Below, one piece after another: positions 35,457 to 38,991 of a stretch of DNA of 38,991 nucleotides; within the stretch, counting starts at the first letter, position 1, and every line of letters starts with the position of its first letter. The stretch is from a bacterium. Its GTDB lineage: Bacteria > Sysuimicrobiota > Sysuimicrobiia > Sysuimicrobiales > Kaftiobacteriaceae. The position numbers and the translations under genes are program-made. The notes under the pieces were generated by a model, which did not search any database, was not told the DNA's origin, and worked only from the letters and a program-made list of their open reading frames with translations. The DNA lies in contig DASSGA010000073.1 in the NCBI GenBank assembly GCA_035693805.1, forward strand, positions 1-38,991, given 5' to 3'.

Positions 35457-35571
35457 CGCCGGTCGAGAGGGAAGCCTCTCCCCGTCCCGAATCCCCTCCG
35501 CAACAGCGATGCCTCGCGTGGCGTGCTTCGGCGTGGCGATACTATTCCGTCGTTTCCGGGAGGGGATAGCG

Positions 35572-36828
35572 ATGAGAACGTGGGCCGTCTTACTCCTGGC
35601 CATGCTGCTCGGGGTTGGTTTCACCCCGGCGGCGGCGCAGCAGCCGATTCCCGCGACCATCAAGGTCGGAGCCCTGTTCGACACGACCGGGCCGACCTCC
35701 GACGTCGGCGTCGACTACCACAAGGGGGTCCTCGACCACGTCCGCTACATCAACGAGATCGAGGGTGGTATCCGCGGACGGGTGAAGATCGACCTGGTGT
35801 GGTCCGACTACGGCTACCGCATCCCCGACGCCCTGTCCCTCTATCGGAAGTACCGCGACGTGGACAAGGTGAACGCGATCGTGGGCTGGGGCACGGGCGA
35901 CACGGAGGCGTTGAAGGATCAGATCAGCGAGGATCAGATCCCGTACATCTCGGCGTCCTACTCCTCGCACCTGGACGATCCCGCGAAGACGCCGTACAAC
36001 TTCTATCCGGTGAGCAGCTACTCCGATCAGTTGCGCGCCGTGCTGAAGTTCGCGAAGGAGCTCGCGGACGCGGAGCGGATCGCGAGGCCGAAGTTCGTGT
36101 TCATCTATCCCGACCATCCCTATGGCCGGGCGCCGATCGCCGCCGGGAAGGCCTACGCTCAGGAGCTGGGGTTCGATGTCGGCTCCGACCAGATCGTCGC
36201 CCTCACGGCGCTCGAGGCCCGTTCCCAGGTCGGCGCCGTGAAGACATTCGGGGCGCAGTTCGCGTGGATCGGCGGGACGACCAATTCCGCCTCGGTGATT
36301 GTGCGCGACGCGAAGGCCGCCGGGCTGACCACGCGGTTCTTCGTCAACGTCTGGGGCTACGACGAGAGTATGATCAAGCTCATCGGCGCGAACGCGGAGG
36401 GCGTGTACGGCAGCACGCCGCACACCTACTTCGGCGAGCCTGCGGCGGGTCTGCGGAAGATGACCGATGCCTACACCCGGTTCCGCGGCACCGTCCCGGC
36501 GTTCCAGTGGGGCACGACGCAGTCCCCGGTCATCGCCTCGTACGTGCGCGGCTGGCTCAACGTCATGCTGCTGAAGAAGAGCCTGGAGATTATCGTCGAC
36601 AACTGGGCGACATACTCTCGCCTGGGTGGATTCAGCGGACCCTCGGTCCGCTCCGCGCTGGAGACGCTGAAGGACTGGGACCCGGAGGGGCTCGCCCCCG
36701 CGGTCACCCTCGCGCGCACGGACCACCGGCCGTCGACGACGACGCGCATCATGCAGATCCGCAACGGGCGCATCACGCTCGTGAAACAAGTGACGGTGGA
36801 GCGACGGAAGGACTGGCTTGGTTTCTAA
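35572..36828 (+). CDS. ABC transporter substrate-binding protein (LivJ/LivK-like type-1 PBP)
   Basis: ATG 35572 after GGGAGGGGA. Signal peptide ..TPAAA|QQ. IKVGALFDTTGPTS..G and GWGTGDT patterns of the branched-chain amino acid/amide binding family. Confidence 0.85.
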   Translation: MRTWAVLLLAMLLGVGFTPAAAQQPIPATIKVGALFDTTGPTSDVGVDYHKGVLDHVRYINEIEGGIRGRVKIDLVWSDYGYRIPDALSLYRKYRDVDKVNAIVGWGTGDTEALKDQISEDQIPYISASYSSHLDDPAKTPYNFYPVSSYSDQLRAVLKFAKELADAERIARPKFVFIYPDHPYGRAPIAAGKAYAQELGFDVGSDQIVALTALEARSQVGAVKTFGAQFAWIGGTTNSASVIVRDAKAAGLTTRFFVNVWGYDESMIKLIGANAEGVYGSTPHTYFGEPAAGLRKMTDAYTRFRGTVPAFQWGTTQSPVIASYVRGWLNVMLLKKSLEIIVDNWATYSRLGGFSGPSVRSALETLKDWDPEGLAPAVTLARTDHRPSTTTRIMQIRNGRITLVKQVTVERRKDWLGF

Positions 36829-37702
36829 GCTGGCCGCCGGGGGAGGCGGGGCCTCCCCCGGCACGATCACCGTCAACAACATCGAGGTGGTCTACTGGGG
36901 CACCATCCTTGTGCTCAAGGGGGTGTCCCTCATCGTTCCCGAAGGCAAGATTACCGCCCTGATCGGGGCCAACGGCGCGGGCAAGACCACGACGCTGAAG
37001 GCGATCACCGGCCTCGTGCGCCTGGAGCGCGGCGATGTCACGCGAGGGAGCATCGAGTTCGCCGGAGCGGCCATCGAGAACCGGCTGCCGGAAGAGACCG
37101 CGCGGATGGGGATCGTCATGGTCCGCGAGGGACGGCGGCTGTTCGAGGAGTTGACGGCGGAGGAGAACCTCCTGGTCGGTGCGGCGCTGGGGCGCTACCG
37201 GCGGGGACAGGACGCGGCGGCCCCGGCTGTCACCAGACGCCAGTTCGGAGGCGCGACCACATACTCGCTGGACGGTGTCTACCAATACTTCCCGCGGCTG
37301 CGGGAGCGGCGCCGGGTTCGGGCGGGTTATCTCTCCGGCGGCGAGCAGCAGATGCTGGCCATCGGGTGCGCGATGATGGCCTCCCCGCGCGTGCTGCTGC
37401 TGGACGAGCCCTCCCTGGGGCTGGCGCCGCTGGTCGCCCGCGAGATCTTCGGGCTCATCCAGCGCCTGAACACCGAGGCCGGGATGACGATCTTCCTCGT
37501 CGAGCAGAACGCGAAGATGGCGCTGGACCTGGCCTCCTACGGCTACATCATGGAGAACGGGAAAGTCGTCCTCGACGGCCCGACGACCACGCTGCGGGAG
37601 GACGCCGACGTGGAGGAGTTCTACCTCGGGGTGCGTGGGGCGGAGCGGCGCCGCTTCACCGAGGTGAAGAGCTACAAGCGGCGCAAGCGGTGGCTGGCGT
37701 AG
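36818..37702 (+). CDS. livF: ABC transporter ATP-binding protein, LivF-like
   Basis: Walker A GANGAGKTT, signature LSGGEQQML, Walker B LLLDEPS, H-loop region, and C-terminal EEFYLG typical of LivF. TTG start overlaps the SBP stop. About 20-aa insertion before the Q-loop/signature region. Confidence 0.85.
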   Translation: MVSKLAAGGGGASPGTITVNNIEVVYWGTILVLKGVSLIVPEGKITALIGANGAGKTTTLKAITGLVRLERGDVTRGSIEFAGAAIENRLPEETARMGIVMVREGRRLFEELTAEENLLVGAALGRYRRGQDAAAPAVTRRQFGGATTYSLDGVYQYFPRLRERRRVRAGYLSGGEQQMLAIGCAMMASPRVLLLDEPSLGLAPLVAREIFGLIQRLNTEAGMTIFLVEQNAKMALDLASYGYIMENGKVVLDGPTTTLREDADVEEFYLGVRGAERRRFTEVKSYKRRKRWLA

Positions 37703-38310
37703 GCACCACGCTGGTCTTTCTGTACGGCCCACCCGCCTCCGGGAAGCTCACGGTGGCCCAGGCGCTCGCGAAGCTCACCGGGTACCGGGTCTTCCACAAT
37801 CACCTGACGATCGATCTCGTCCGCTCCCTCTTCGACTGGGGAGAGGGGCCCTTCTGGTCGCTGGTGGACCGTTATCGCCTGGAGCTCATCGATGCGGCGG
37901 CCGAAGCCGGGCTCCCCGGCCTCATCTTCACCTTCGTCTATGCCAGGGGCGCCGACGACGCCTTCGTGGCGCGGATCGTGGACGCCGTCGCGCGCCACCG
38001 CGGCCGGGTCGTCTTCGTGCGCCTGACGTGTGAGCCGAAGGAGCTTGCGCGCCGTGTCCGGCTGCCCTCGCGCCGGGCCTATCATAAGATGAGTCGCGTG
38101 ACGGCGCTGCGCGACCTGCTCGCCCGCCACGACCTGTTCTTCGACGTTCCGTATCCTGACAACCTCGTGATCGATACGACCAGGATCCGTCCCGGCCGTG
38201 CCGCCCGTATGATCGCGGAACGCTTCCGGCTGCCCGCGTTCGTCCCCCCGGGCAGTCACCGCTCGTTCCGTGTCCAGGGCTCGATGACGAGGTCGAGCGA
38301 GCCCACGTAG
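37690..38310 (+). CDS. P-loop kinase-like (AAA_33/shikimate-kinase-fold) protein, function unknown
   Basis: GTG 37690 in frame in track ORF 37366..38310, overlapping the livF end by 13 nt. Walker A LYGPPASGKLT. About 200 aa, typical of small-molecule/nucleotide kinases. Confidence 0.55.
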   Translation: MAGVGTTLVFLYGPPASGKLTVAQALAKLTGYRVFHNHLTIDLVRSLFDWGEGPFWSLVDRYRLELIDAAAEAGLPGLIFTFVYARGADDAFVARIVDAVARHRGRVVFVRLTCEPKELARRVRLPSRRAYHKMSRVTALRDLLARHDLFFDVPYPDNLVIDTTRIRPGRAARMIAERFRLPAFVPPGSHRSFRVQGSMTRSSEPT

Positions 38311-38313
38311 CCG

Positions 38314-38991
38314 TCAGTAGCTGAACGGCCAGAGGTCGATCTTGCGTTTGAGCTTGCGCAGCAGCATCGCGAGACCGCCGGGCTCCCAGATCAACAGCCC
38401 GATCAGGATCGCCCCGAAGACGATCTCCCGGAGCGGCGTGGCGATCTTGGCGAACCCCGGGAGGACCGTGACCAGCGCCGGCGTGATGATCTTCAGCCCC
38501 TGGGACAATGCGGTGACGAATGCCGCGCCCAGGTGCGGCCCCCAGACGCTCCCCAGCCCGCCCATGACGATCATCGCCACGTAGTCGATCGAGGTCACGA
38601 TCGTGAAGTGCTCGGGGGAGATCACCCGGCTGTAGTGCGCCCACAGGCTGCCCGCGATCCCCGCGTAGAACGCCGCCAATCCGAAGGCCAGCGCCTTGTA
38701 GGCGAGCAGGTTGATCCCCATCACCTGCGCCGCGTAGTCGCGGTCGCGCACGGCCATGAGCGCCAGGCCGATGCGCGAGCGGACGAGGTTCGTAGCGAAG
38801 ACCCCCGCGAGCAGCCAGACGACCAGCAGCAGATAGTAGAACTGCACCTCGCTGCGCAGGATCCACGGCCCGATGCGCGGGGCGCGCAGGGAGATTGCGC
38901 CGAGTCCCTGCCCCGCGGCGTGGATGATCGTGTATTCGGTGAGGAACTGAAAGGCCAGCGTGGCGATGGCCAGGTACAGACCCTTGATGCG
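38314..38991 (-). CDS. livM: branched-chain amino acid ABC transporter permease (LivM-like), 5' end outside window
   Basis: The frame stays open from 38847 to the window edge (..RIKGLYLAIATLAFQFLTEY..), then continues with GINLLAYKALAFGLAAFYAGIAGSL, SIDYVAMIVMGGLGSVWGP. Confidence 0.85.
   Translation of the reverse strand, partial: RIKGLYLAIATLAFQFLTEYTIIHAAGQGLGAISLRAPRIGPWILRSEVQFYYLLLVVWLLAGVFATNLVRSRIGLALMAVRDRDYAAQVMGINLLAYKALAFGLAAFYAGIAGSLWAHYSRVISPEHFTIVTSIDYVAMIVMGGLGSVWGPHLGAAFVTALSQGLKIITPALVTVLPGFAKIATPLREIVFGAILIGLLIWEPGGLAMLLRKLKRKIDLWPFSY

Noticed and set aside
35465-35480. Short hairpin GAGAGG-GAAG-CCTCTC after the GH-like gene, and TACTAT (35540-35545) as a promoter for the ABC operon
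   Set aside because: The stem is only 6 bp with no U-tract. The -10-like hexamer lacks a TG extension or a -35 partner. Evidence is too weak for a feature call.
35523-36962. 479-aa plus-strand and 430-aa minus-strand (35590..36882) ORFs overlapping the substrate-binding protein gene
   Set aside because: The frame starting at 35572 has an SD, a signal peptide and type-1 PBP motifs. The alternatives are Arg/Gly/Asp-rich artefacts.
36773-38866. Long minus-strand ORFs 36773..37732 and 37928..38866 opposite livF, the kinase-like gene and livM
   Set aside because: Extreme Arg/Gly/Pro content and no motifs. They overlap CDSs with Walker and ABC-signature motifs or clear TM patterns.

Overview
This is a very GC-rich bacterial chromosomal window, almost fully coding and mostly housekeeping. 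The six-frame track is full of long antisense or out-of-frame ORFs that are GC artefacts.

Gene content in order:
- tatA-tatC and a DUF4321 gene
- radC-mreB-mreC-mreD-mrdA(PBP2)-rodA
- rng-rplU-rpmA-obg-nadD-rsfS and a tandem-GNAT gene
- a decayed HNH endonuclease gene (minus strand)
- a promoter and a Leu-specific T-box leader, followed by ilvE and two tandem leuS paralogs
- two secreted proteins (minus strand)
- a sigma-B/F-type partner-switching set: a degenerate RsbW-like anti-sigma factor and a sigma factor, convergent with a STAS gene and a 3xGAF-PP2C-HATPase fusion
- a tiny collagen-like membrane protein, then comEA
- an ECF sigma, a zf-HC2 anti-sigma and an RseB/LolA-like protein
- a MazG-like protein and an M19 dipeptidase
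- pdaD-speE-speB (minus strand)
- a secreted GH-like protein
- Liv-type ABC transporter parts, with a P-loop kinase-like gene wedged in

Many adjacent genes overlap by 4 nt (ATGA/GTGA), which suggests translational coupling. The synteny, the DUF4321 gene, the copper-amine-oxidase-N-domain protein and the use of a T-box point to a high-GC Terrabacteria/Firmicutes-like lineage. The taxon cannot be fixed from this sequence.

No CRISPR array, integrase, transposase or recognisable defence system was seen.

The most unusual observation is a fully canonical tRNA-Ala(GGC) gene nested inside the Leu (CUC) T-box leader. It is capped on a 12-bp helix where Stem III normally sits, between an intact Stem I and an intact antiterminator/terminator. 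The second most unusual is that this leader precedes ilvE plus two deeply diverged leuS genes, and the second copy carries altered class-I signature motifs (SVGH, RMSKS).
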